From positions 348,068,001-348,132,000 of the forward strand of contig OZ024741.1 in assembly GCA_964016885.1 (NCBI GenBank): 64,000 nt of DNA. The letters run 5' to 3'. The notes beneath the pieces were generated by a model. That model did not search any database and was not told the origin of the DNA. It saw only the letters and a list, made by a program, of their open reading frames with translations. Position 1 is the stretch's first letter; each line of letters opens with the position of its first letter. Origin of the DNA: Eledone cirrhosa (taxonomy: Eukaryota). Position numbers and translations under genes: made by a program. Shown here in pieces: positions 53,366-64,000 of this stretch.

Positions 53366-54773
53366 ATGCCACTTTCTGAACAAACCCTACTAGTGACGTT
53401 CGATGTAGTCAACCTATACTCCAACATCCCCCACAACCTAGGAATAGAAGCTATCCAATTCTGGCTGGATAATTTCCACAATGAACTCCCACAACGCATC
53501 AAAAAAGAATTCGTGATAGAGGGACTCAAATTTATCTTGGAGAACAATTACTTCGTTTTCAATAACAAACCCTACAGGCATAAATCTGGGACCGCTATGG
53601 GAACGAAAACAGCCCCTACTTATGCCAACCTAGTCATGGGATACCTGGAAATCACCCTCTACACTAAAGTCCTAAACAAATTTGGAAACACCCTCCACTT
53701 ACACATTGAAAGGAACTGGAAGCGATATCTAGATTACTGCTTCATCCTTTGGCACGAAAACATCGAAAAACTTAAAGAATTTCACACCCTTATAAATGGG
53801 CTCAACACAAATATTAACTTCACGATGGAATACAGCCATCAACAACTCCCCTTCCTCGACATCCTCATTAAGATCCATAACAAAAAAAATAGAAACAGAC
53901 ATATACTCCAAGCAATACCTCCCCTTCAACTCTTGCCACCCTAGACACGTTAACATTAATATTCCCTACAACTTAGCCAAGAGAATCTGTACTATAGTCT
54001 CCAATAAAAACATCTGCTACTTACGGCTACAAGAACTAAAAGACACATTCATAGGCAGGGACTACCCTGCATCACTAATTGACAATGGAATCCAACGTGC
54101 CCTAAAACTCAGTACCCAGGACCTTAGACACCCTAAAGTAAATCAACCAAAACTAAAAGCTCTTCCATACATCTCCACACACAACTCCCTCAACAATGAA
54201 GCCTTTGACACCATCCTCCAGAACATCCCTGTGTTGAAAAAGGACCATAGAATGAACCAAATTCTACGAACACACGATATCATAAAGAGCAAAAGACAAT
54301 CCAAGTCAATGAAAAACATCCTAACACATGCCAAAGTACTGCCAACCACAACAACGAAACCCACAGTAAAAAAATGCGATAGACCCAACTGTGGCATTTG
54401 CATCAACCTAATAGAGGGTTCGGAATTCTATTTCAAAGATGGACAACGTTTTATAGTAAAACACAATTTCACATGTGCATCGGAAAATCTAATATATGTA
54501 TTAACGTGTTCAGGTTGTCGAGAACAATACATAGGCCAGACCAAAAACAGCCTCCGCCAACGCATGACTGTCCATAGATCCCAAATTAAAATACGAGAAT
54601 ACAGGAAAATACCACTGAGTGAACACATTGATACCTGTGTCGCCCAAAATCATCCCAACTTCAGAATCTTTCCCCTCTACAAATTTATAGATAATGCCAC
54701 CCACACCCAGCGTATCAGCAAGGAATCTTACTTCATTAACAAATACGGACCCCGTCTAAACACTTCTCCCTAA
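53366..54773 (+). mobile_element. 5'-truncated Neptune-like PLE (RT + GIY-YIG), one frameshift
   Basis: LVTFDVVNLYSNIP, GTAMGTKTAPTYANL, RYLDYCF, LPFLDI, SCHPRH, CDRPNCGIC, FTCASENLIYVLTC..C..YIGQT..LRQR..H. Confidence 0.9.
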
Positions 54774-54939
54774 GACAAACCCACAACATACACACGTCAA
54801 CATACATACCTACATCAGCACACATCTCTACCCACATATAAACACAATGACACACGTAAACACACATGCTCTATGGTGCAATACAACAAAATATATGTGC
54901 ATATATATGTATGTATATATGTATATATATATATATGTG

Positions 54940-54980
<41 letters not shown>

Positions 54981-55256
54981 GTGAATATCATTTCACACCT
55001 TTTATTGTTAAGATTGTTGATGTTCTATTAAGAGAACCGATTTTACTGAAAAAATCGAATAATGTACACCATTTTACCAGGGGGAAAAAATACTGGTCCA
55101 CCCACACACACACACACACACGCACACATATATATACACAAACACATACACACGCGTACATCAACATACAAAGAGACTTATACACACACACACACACGCA
55201 CATCTCCGTATAAGACAAAAGCTGAAAAATATCTTTTGACCTTCGAATGACTCTGC

Positions 55257-55350
<94 letters not shown>

Positions 55351-55418
55351 TCTTAATAGCCATTTGACACACATCGCTGCTGGCCATTGTCGCAGCATCG
55401 TACACCTTACTACTACTA

Positions 55419-55492
<74 letters not shown>

Positions 55493-55504
55493 ACACACGC
55501 ACAC

Positions 55505-55985
55505 GTATTTGTTGTGAAAGAGTCATTTCTCGATCTTGGCGCAAAACCAATTTTTTATCCACATGACCTCTACCGACCAATCAAAATTGTTTTGACCATT
55601 AATTTTTGCTGGAGCCACTTTTTTAACATTTTAACATAAAAACAGTCTTGGCGCAAAATCAACTTTTTACATTCACATGACCTCTACCGACCAATCAAAA
55701 TTGTTTTGACCACAAGCATTTTTGCAACACAAAAATAACGCTGGAGCCACTTTTTTAACATAAAAACAGGTAGAATTCCCAAAACTAATCAGATCAGAGC
55801 AAACAGCACGGACACTCTATCTCAAAATTATTTTTGAAAAGCATTTAGAAATGCGCAACCGGTAAAAACTTAAAAACTTAAAACCACAACTGAATACTAA
55901 CCCATACAATCACTAATACTCTTTTATTCCTAATTAAACCATTTTTCAACTGTGAACAATTTGTCAGCATTTTCTATTCCGTTTA

Positions 55986-55992
<7 letters not shown>
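55505..55992. mobile_element. One arm of the 19893-20777 foldback family with an internal tandem duplication
   Basis: cacatgacctctaccgaccaatcaaaattgttttgacc twice (55560, 55673); tail matches 20525-20777. Confidence 0.78.
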
Positions 55993-56053
<61 letters not shown>

Positions 56054-56067
56054 GGGGGGGGGGGGGT

Positions 56068-56180
56068 GTATAGGAAAATGTTTAACCCCGACGGCAGAGC
56101 TCAAGCCATTTTGACGACTATTTCTGGACCGTCGAAACGGCTTGAGCTCTGCCGTCGGGGTTAAACACTTTCCTACTACC
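56068..56180. repeat. GC-rich hairpin made of two inverted 3' halves of a hammerhead-like motif; family member at 60000-60085
   Basis: tttaaccccgacggcagagctcaagcc / ggcttgagctctgccgtcggggttaaa. Confidence 0.8.
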
Positions 56181-56239
56181 CTAAGTATTAAGTACTCTGG
56201 TGCGTTACGGTCTATCTGGTTCCTTACCACATTTCCTTA

Positions 56240-56527
56240 TATATATATATATAATATAAGATCAAAAGATGGTTAAAATAATTCCATGTACTTTATTATG
56301 CGCATTTCAATAACAAATATCATCATGGGATGATACTTGCGTTCTCATCAGATAAAATAGGGAGACATTATATGAAGTTTAAAAAACACTTGCAAGCAGT
56401 GAAGTGTTAAATCTACATATGAAAAATAAAATAAGATGGATATATGAGATTGGGAAAAAGAAGAAGGAAGGGGGTAGGAAAGGTAAGGTAGAGGAAGAAA
56501 GAAAATAAAGGATGACGGGGGAGGAGT

Positions 56528-56598
<71 letters not shown>

Positions 56599-57870
56599 TT
56601 TAATACTGAGAAACACTGCCTCACAGAGAGAAATAAAAAAAACCGTTGTAAGATAATACATAATTTAGAAAAATTTTGAAATTAAACGTTAATGAGGTTT
56701 ATGAATGGTGATGTTTATGATTAAAGAAAAAGGAATTAAGAATAGTATTTATTTAAGGTTTATATATTGAAGGGTTTAATAATATGTGCGAAAAGTAATT
56801 TATTAATATGTATTATTAAAGTAAAAATATTAAGGAGATAAGGTGAATGAACTTAGAGGAATTAGTTAGGTTCTAAGTTTGTTTCTATGTATTGTAATAT
56901 GAAAAAGTATATAATAGGTTTAATACGAGCACGGAAGGAGAGAAGAAAGAAGACAATTTAACGTAGAAAAAATATATAACGTCAAAAAAATATGTTTACA
57001 AAATTTACTAATGGTAATATTAGTATATATTAAAAATCTAGTTTGTATGGCTAAGAATATAAGGAAAATGAATTAAGAAGTAATTGAGAAGTAAAAGTTA
57101 CAGATTAAAGATTAGAAATTAAAAAAGAAAAAAGGAAAAAAAGGAAAAAAAGATAAAAAGACGAAAAATGGGGGACCTCAAACGACATAGAATGAGTAAA
57201 TTGTATAATATAATATACTGAAATAAGGTATAAAGATGGGTATATTTGTAAAAGATATAAAAGCGTTGGAGAAAAGAAGATGTTAAACTAATTAGGTAGT
57301 GAGATATTAGCTGTATACTTTATGGAAAGTTCTATGGTATTTATGCAAGCAGAGCGAAAATAAATCCGTACGTCTATTTATTATAGAATTAAAATTAGAG
57401 AAAATGGTAAATTTCTCGGCTAGGCAGAGATTACATGTTCTGGATAGGGAAGCATTCCAGTAAGGAGAGGCGTTGCAAACCTTCCTACAAGAAATGTTGT
57501 AGTTAATATTTTTGTCTTATAAGGACCATATGAGTTCTGAGAGTGCCGTGTTAGTTCTTTTACGTTGGTATTTAAAAGAGGAATTGTGATTATAAAATCT
57601 TGCTTTAAAGGAAGTGGAAGTGGAATCAAAATAGGTAAAATAATTAGTACCAGTTATAACCTTACATTCATACACTAAAATGTTATCAAGGCATTGTTTA
57701 TTAAGAGGACATTTACTTCTAACAGGGCAATTACAATTACGATTAGAGAAATTACCAGAGTTATTAACAAGTGACCTAGTATTATTTATAGAAGGAATTG
57801 GATTGGAGAAGTTATTTACGATAGGTGCTAAAGTTTCCTGATTTAGATTGGTGTTATGAACATTCGACAA
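56240..57870 (-). mobile_element. 5'-truncated Naiad-like PLE with HHR-bearing 3' repeat
   Basis: CNCPVRSKCPLNKQCL..VYECKV..STSFKARFYNH..TALSELIW..PYW..CNLCLAEK; HHR at 56292-56357. Confidence 0.86.
56292..56357 (-). ncRNA. Type I hammerhead ribozyme (copy of 13870-13936 family)
   Basis: TTTAT-CTGATGA-GAACGCAAGTATCATC..GATGATATTTGTTATT-GAAA-TGCGCA-TA-ATAAA. Confidence 0.75.
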
Positions 57871-58349
57871 AATTACGTTTGACGTCGTATTTAAATTTAC
57901 TGAATCTAGCCTAGAGTTAACATTGACGTCGGGTTTGCTATTGCTATTATTATGACGCTCAGTGTTGGATGGATATAATTTATATATATATTTATAATGC
58001 TAATCATTGTAACTTTGAATCTGACATGCAAAACCATACATGTATGAATAAAGTAAGCCCAAATCATAGTAGATTCAAATATCACAGACAGAAAGGAAGA
58101 GAGAGAGTGGGGAATCATAGGTGCAACAGAAATGAAACTTGGATTAAGGTTAAAATAAAGATGTGAAACAAAACGAGGATGTAGTTCATGGAACACCCAA
58201 ATGATTAGAAGTCGACGTTAAGTAGGATCAATAACATTAAGAGACACATAAAGGCCACCACAACAATTTGCTTTGAACATTTTGAAAGTAGGTTTATAAG
58301 TATGAATTTTCATAAGATTCTCGTAGTTTTCTCTGTTGCCTGGAGGTAT

Positions 58350-58672
58350 GTACTAGAGACGGTGGAGATCTGGGCCTTGGGTTCAATCCTTGTCAAGAGG
58401 TGCACGTAATCTTTTTCGGTTTTTATATTTACAACTAATAGAAAGAAAAATAAAAAGTTTACCAGGAACCCTACTCCTGACCATTATCGAACTTCAGACC
58501 AGTATCACCACCGTCTATGATTCCTTCAACTAGGCCATCGAGACAGCTACAGGAGTATAATGAAAATCAAAGAAAAAAAAGGTACTAGAGATGGTGGAGA
58601 TCCTGGCCTTTGTTCAATCCTGGGCAAGAGGTAACCTTCTTCAGTTTTTATTTCATAACCAATAGGAAAAAC
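58350..58672 (+). repeat. Two diverged ~95-bp direct repeats with B-box-like gttcaatcc
   Basis: gtactagaga.ggtggagatc.ggcctt..gttcaatcct..caagagg at 58350 and 58582. Confidence 0.65.
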
Positions 58673-59032
58673 CTGATGGTTCCACATTCTATTATCTGAT
58701 GAAGGTCTCCTGTTCAAAATTTTAGTAATCCTTTTCTACGATATCGAGTGTTAAACTAAAATATGTGTTTCTTCATTATTCTGTATTATTTGCTTTGATC
58801 GTCACGTTTCCTTTTTCAAACATAGTTATATATATGTATGTACACCGCCACACTCATATGCATACATACGCATATCAACCTATATATCTATCTATCTATT
58901 TATCTATATATATATATATATATATTAATAATATCAATAATGTTAATATATATATTAATAATATTAATAATGTTAATAAGCATAGTATTTATACTTATAT
59001 ATATAATATATATACAATTATAAATACGAAAG

Positions 59033-59212
59033 GGTGGCAGTATTGGTAGAGTGTCTGACACTATGCTTTGCAGCATAGTTATGGCCCTTTGCGTTCTTAT
59101 TTCAAATCCGCCGAGGTTAACTTTGCCTTTCATCCTTATGAGGTCGATAAAATAAAGTACCAGTGGTGCACTGGGGTATTCGGTGGCCTTGTGACAAAAG
59201 TAGAAAACATAG
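59033..59212 (+). mobile_element. SINE family 1 copy
   Basis: Matches 16329-16508. Confidence 0.85.
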
Positions 59213-60124
59213 TGTATTACAGTCGTCTGGAAGAAACCATCGTCAGCAATTAAATGCATTAAACAAAAATTTGATTATTTTATATTATATATATATATAT
59301 ATATATAATTATATATACGGGGTAACAAATTATTGTTATAGGTAGTCCACTTAAGTGTAGTCCAGTTATGGTACTCCGGGTAGTGGATGATATCAACGCT
59401 TGGCTAAGTTTGACTCAACAAGGCGTTTCCATAGTGATGCTGCGAGTACGCTGTAATTCCTATGTTGTAAACACTTGGAGTAATGATAAATCAGGAAAGA
59501 AGAGTGACACGGTTTGGTATACAAAAAAGGTTTTTAATCTCATTGCTGACAATTGTTTCTCTGAACTGGTAGGTTTAGAGATCGCTACACGCTTATTTTC
59601 ACGTTATTCGATCACCAATACAAAGTTATAACCAGTCAATTAATCGGAGCTTGTGGGAATGAAAAGAATATACCGGCATGGCTACTATATATAGTAGTAA
59701 TGGCATTCAATCAGAAGAATAACAACAATACTAACAATGCTAGCAATACATTATTTGAACTAATTACAACATCAATCTAGGTGGGACGTATAGTATATCT
59801 ACGATTTTAGCGTGTAAAACTAGCTGACATGAAGCAGATGTATAAAATTGACATGTAAAAGCTGTCATGGGTTGTATTGTATCTAGTGTAAAGATAAGCC
59901 GGTGTCTTTAAACAAAGTAGGTCTGGTGGCCGTAAGAATCGTTTATTATCTGACAGATGAAGAATTTATCACTGTAGTGAGATTTGTGTGGTCTATATTA
60001 GATGAAAGGGTTATTCTAATTTAGTCCAGAAATAGCCGTCGAAACGGCTTGAGCTCTGCCGTCGGGGTCATACTTTTTCCTATATATATATATATATACA
60101 TATATGTATATATATATAAATATA

Positions 60125-61853
60125 TATACGATGATATTAAATGAATGGAAACTATATTTTTAAAACCATATTCATTTCATTATATATATTTCAAGGGTAG
60201 TAAAAGACTTTGGTACGCTTTCTTCATATAAAATACAAACTTTGTTTTATAAATAGAGACATACCCACGAAAATCATACCTTATTAGTTGGATATTCTCT
60301 GGATAGTGGAAATGTATTAGGGAATTTGAAACTTATGGGTGAATATGCAAATGAATATATAAATAATTGAAAAACAACCGTTTATTAAAAAAATATTGAA
60401 AATATTGAGAAAATATTGAAAAATTATTGAAAAAATAATAAAAAAATATATTGAAAACATTTTGAAAAAATATTGAAAAAGTATTGGAAAAATATCGAAA
60501 AAAGTATTGAAAAAATAAAAAAAAAATGTTTTTATCTTGAGAAAAATTTTGAAAAGAAAATTGGGAAAACTTAAAAATCTTTTTAGAAAATAATTTTTTT
60601 AAGAGGTAAGTTTTAAAGAAATAAAAAATAAAAATAAAAATTAAAATTAAAATTAAAATTAAAATTAAAATTAAAATTAAAATTAAAATTAAAATTAAAA
60701 TTAAAATTAAAATTAAAATTAAAATTAAAATTAAAATTAAAATTAAAATTAAAATTAAAATTAAAATTAAAATTAAAATTAAAATTAAAATTAAAAAAAA
60801 AAAAATTATTCAATATTTTTTCAATATATTTTTCAATATATTTTTTCAATATTTTTTCAATTATTTTTCAATATTTTCTTAGTATTTTTTCAATATTTTT
60901 TCAATAGATTAATAACCACTAACTGATTCTGGCTAAATGTATCCTAAACATCCATACTTATTTTGACCAAATAGTCTCACACTAACAAATAAATAAATAA
61001 AACCGGAGTTTTTTCCCTATCTTACCTTTTCAATCATATAAATATAAATATTCCTACTTAACTCAGTTAATTTAATTTAGTTTAATTTAATTTAATTTAA
61101 AACATTCTCAAATTTAAATACATATTTATTTACATAAAACCAATATCCCTCATAACGCATTAGAACAACTATCTATAACATGATATACCTATCTATTTAT
61201 TTATTTATCTGCTTATAAACGAATGAAAAATATATTATAAACAAATTTTAAACAACTCGTAACATATCCTTTTAATATAAATACACATATTATTAAGATA
61301 TATATTTACATATGTACATAAATAATTGTTCGAATATATTTCCCTCAAATTAACGTTATATAAGTTATTTTAATCATCTTCGCTTTTGTCCTTCTCTCTA
61401 TCTCTCTATATCTCTCTCTCTCTCTCTCTCTCACTCTCACATACACTCACTATTTTGTAATTCTTCTCTTCTCCCTTCTCTCTCTCCATAGTCGTTTAAA
61501 TAAACGGTTGTTTTTCAATTATTTACATATTCATTTGCATTTCACCCATAAGATAAAAAAAAATCCCTAATACATTTCCACTATCCAGAGAATATCCAAC
61601 TGATAAGGTATGATTTTTCTGGGTATGTATCTATTTATAAAACAAACTTTTTATAAATGTATTTTATTTGAAGAAAGCGTACCAAATTCTTTTGGTACCC
61701 TTGAAATATATATAATAAAATAAATATGGTTTTATAAATATAGTTTCCATTTATTTAATATCATTTAATATTTATTCCGGGAAATTATTGAGTGCTCTAA
61801 ATCAGTTATAAACATTTATATTTATATTTGTCGCATTTCCAACAAATTAAATA

Positions 61854-61858
<5 letters not shown>
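60125..61858. mobile_element. Non-coding derivative of the 49930-52260 Naiad 3' region with inverted pLTRs and decayed HHRs (60175-60236 -, 61661-61721 +)
   Basis: 60830-61858 parallels 51320-52260; 60125-60390 is its inverse; cores ATGAAGA / TTGAAGA. Confidence 0.78.
60634..60796. repeat. (TTAAAA)n microsatellite
   Basis: Perfect hexamer array at the centre of the inverted structure. Confidence 0.95.
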
Positions 61859-61904
<46 letters not shown>

Positions 61905-61909
<5 letters not shown>

Positions 61910-62430
61910 CAAATGAATGAGTGAATGAAAGAGTTACAAGCCATTAAAACATATCTTTATATATCCCTTACACGTGTTTCGCCCAGAGGGGCTCGTCGGA
62001 GGCAGATTTTCTGATGGCTTGGTCCTTAATTACGAATCCCTGAGAGTATATTATAACACCACATCGTTATGCATCGTGATCGTATATGGTAGAGGCATTG
62101 TTACGGGTGAAAGTGATATAACTCACTACGAGAAGTCATTAACAGATGCCCGTAGAATGTTACTGCATTATTTTTGACCAATACCATATACGTGTAAAAG
62201 ATATATAAAGATATGTTTTAACGGCTTGTAACTCTTTCATTCACTGATTCATTTGCTTATTCCAGCTTTGCTTAATCCTTACGCTAAATATTAACATTCT
62301 CTAATGTTTAACCCTGATAACCCAAGCATCGAGCATACTACGCTTCGGCTTTTGGCATTTACTATTCTGTATCGCATCTCTTTGTATCTCTCCGGTCCAT
62401 CCTCTCTTACGATAATTTAACCCTATTATA
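61905..62430. mobile_element. pLTR fragment of the 45800-46050 family, partly inverted, with minimal HHR (61965-62003 -, CCGACGA core)
   Basis: 61905-61975 is the inverse of 62190-62260; CCT-CCGACGA-GCCC-CTCT-GGGC-GAAA-CACGTG-TA-AGG. Confidence 0.72.
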
Positions 62431-62438
62431 TATACATA

Positions 62439-62525
<87 letters not shown>

Positions 62526-63631
62526 ATAATAATAAATTTGAAGTCTAAAGTCCATATATATATATGGACTGTTCCGGGAGTAGGTATGTCGTAGGTATGC
62601 ATATATATGTATTAACATCCATGATATCTTGTGAAATTTATGAACATCATTAACATCATTAATTGATACCAAATCATTAGACAGAATGGTTCCAGCATTT
62701 TCAATTAGGAAGAATAGATTAATACTGAGCTACATAGAAACATTTCAATCCAAATGGGTCTTGCTAATCAAACACTATCTATGACAAAATTAATAACACC
62801 AATATATTTATGTATTATTATTCATATTTGAATATATAAATGAAACGAAACATGACATTTACACTTTTAAATCTCAAAAAGAATTGAATATAGATGAGAT
62901 ATATCTATTTGCACTTGCTAAAGAACATATGGCGAATTCTTTACTATATTTCAATTCACTTTTTCGAAAGACAAGGTTATACATATCATGTTATATTTTT
63001 CTCTATTATAATGATGTACAGCGTTCTAATCACTAAGGAATCTTAAATATAATAAAGTAAGGAGTGTGGGACTGCGTACGGTTTATTTCATTTAATCCAG
63101 TTATTAAATTAAGTTGGATTACTTTGAATAAATAAGGAATGAATATTACATAATTTACGTACCAAATTTCGTATATTTTTTTTTATTATTATTTTTATTA
63201 TTAAATTTAACATAAATAAATGTATTGCTTAATTAAAATCGAATTCTTTTCAAAGTTTCAAATGTATACACTTCCGGTATAACGTCTCCACCACGACTTC
63301 AACTACCATATATATAGAAAGAGAGAGTGTGTGATGAGAGAGATACAGAGAGATAGAGTGATTATGATTTTCAACACGCTGACGCGTATCTCTGTCTATG
63401 TGCACATACATGCATCTATATGTATGAGTATATAACTATAATCGCACAAACACAAACTTATAAAAATACACGCTCACGGACATATATTCACACAAATACA
63501 CATGCTTTCACACATATACATTTACACAAACACACATTCACATATGTAAATTTAGGCAAACGCACACATACAGTCACGATAGCAGCGTTCGGTGAATTGG
63601 AAATAGGTTGGGCGGTAAAACAAGTATAACG

Positions 63632-64000
63632 TTTTATTTATTTATTAACAACACAATTTAACTCTCTTTTTTAAAGACTCACTTGTATAAAAAATGTATA
63701 TAATTGTTACAGAACGAAAACACAAACAAAAATAATATATAAAAAAGAAAGGGATAGGAAAAAAGAAAGAGAAAAAATAAACAAGAACGTAATACATACA
63801 TACTAGACCACATAGAACAAAATGCTGGTGAAACAGTGGGAAAAAGAGACGCTACCAGAGCAAAAGATAGCAATATAGCGAGGAGCACTGGGAAACCTCT
63901 TTAATAATTTTGGATCAAGCCAGCACGCTCGTAGCCTTACCTGGGGTGATGGCGAGGCTGAGGTGCTGGAACAACCAAGTGCCCTCACGAGTATCACCAG
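63632..64000 (-). mobile_element. 3' end of a CRE-like RLE non-LTR retrotransposon (continues beyond the window)
   Basis: Minus strand GDTREGTWLFQHLSLAITPGKATSVLA* resembles the CRE C-terminal motif GD.RE..(F/W)L.QRLS.A..RGNA; 3' UTR ends in (TAAA)n. Confidence 0.7.

Noticed and set aside
58690-58760. CTGATGAAGG hammerhead-like start
   Set aside because: No GAAA, stem III or stem I partner follows.
60634-60796. (TTAAAA)n as an interstitial telomere
   Set aside because: No G-rich strand; embedded in an AT-rich PLE-derived region.

Overview
AT-rich eukaryotic, repeat-dominated DNA. The (TA)n/(CA)n/(GA)n density and SINE types suggest a mollusc, probably a cephalopod (inference). I see no intact host gene, CRISPR array, rRNA or functional tRNA. 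The window is a pile-up of decayed mobile elements: an L1/Tx1-clade LINE (1-4540, -), a hAT MITE with an 8-bp TSD, three tandem R4/Dong-type RLE retrotransposon segments (6-13.6 kb), a CR1-like 3' end, a full-length Mag-clade Gypsy element (21427-25423), a CRE-like 3' end, two tRNA-derived SINE families and long-TIR foldback elements. It also holds many Penelope-like elements (PLEs): one near full-length, one Neptune-like and five Naiad-like GIY-YIG fragments. The most striking signal is about 18 type-I hammerhead ribozyme (HHR) motifs, intact or degenerate, all folded by eye. They lie in PLE terminal repeats and in non-coding units, including a 500-bp tandem/inverted unit with one HHR per monomer (candidate non-LTR retrozyme). 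Several unrelated families change the normally invariant core U4 (CAGANGA, CCGANGA). Other leads are a possible self-priming Gypsy PBS, a TGA at a conserved Naiad Zn-finger Cys, and a decayed tyrosine-kinase exon. Coordinates were read by hand and element boundaries are approximate.
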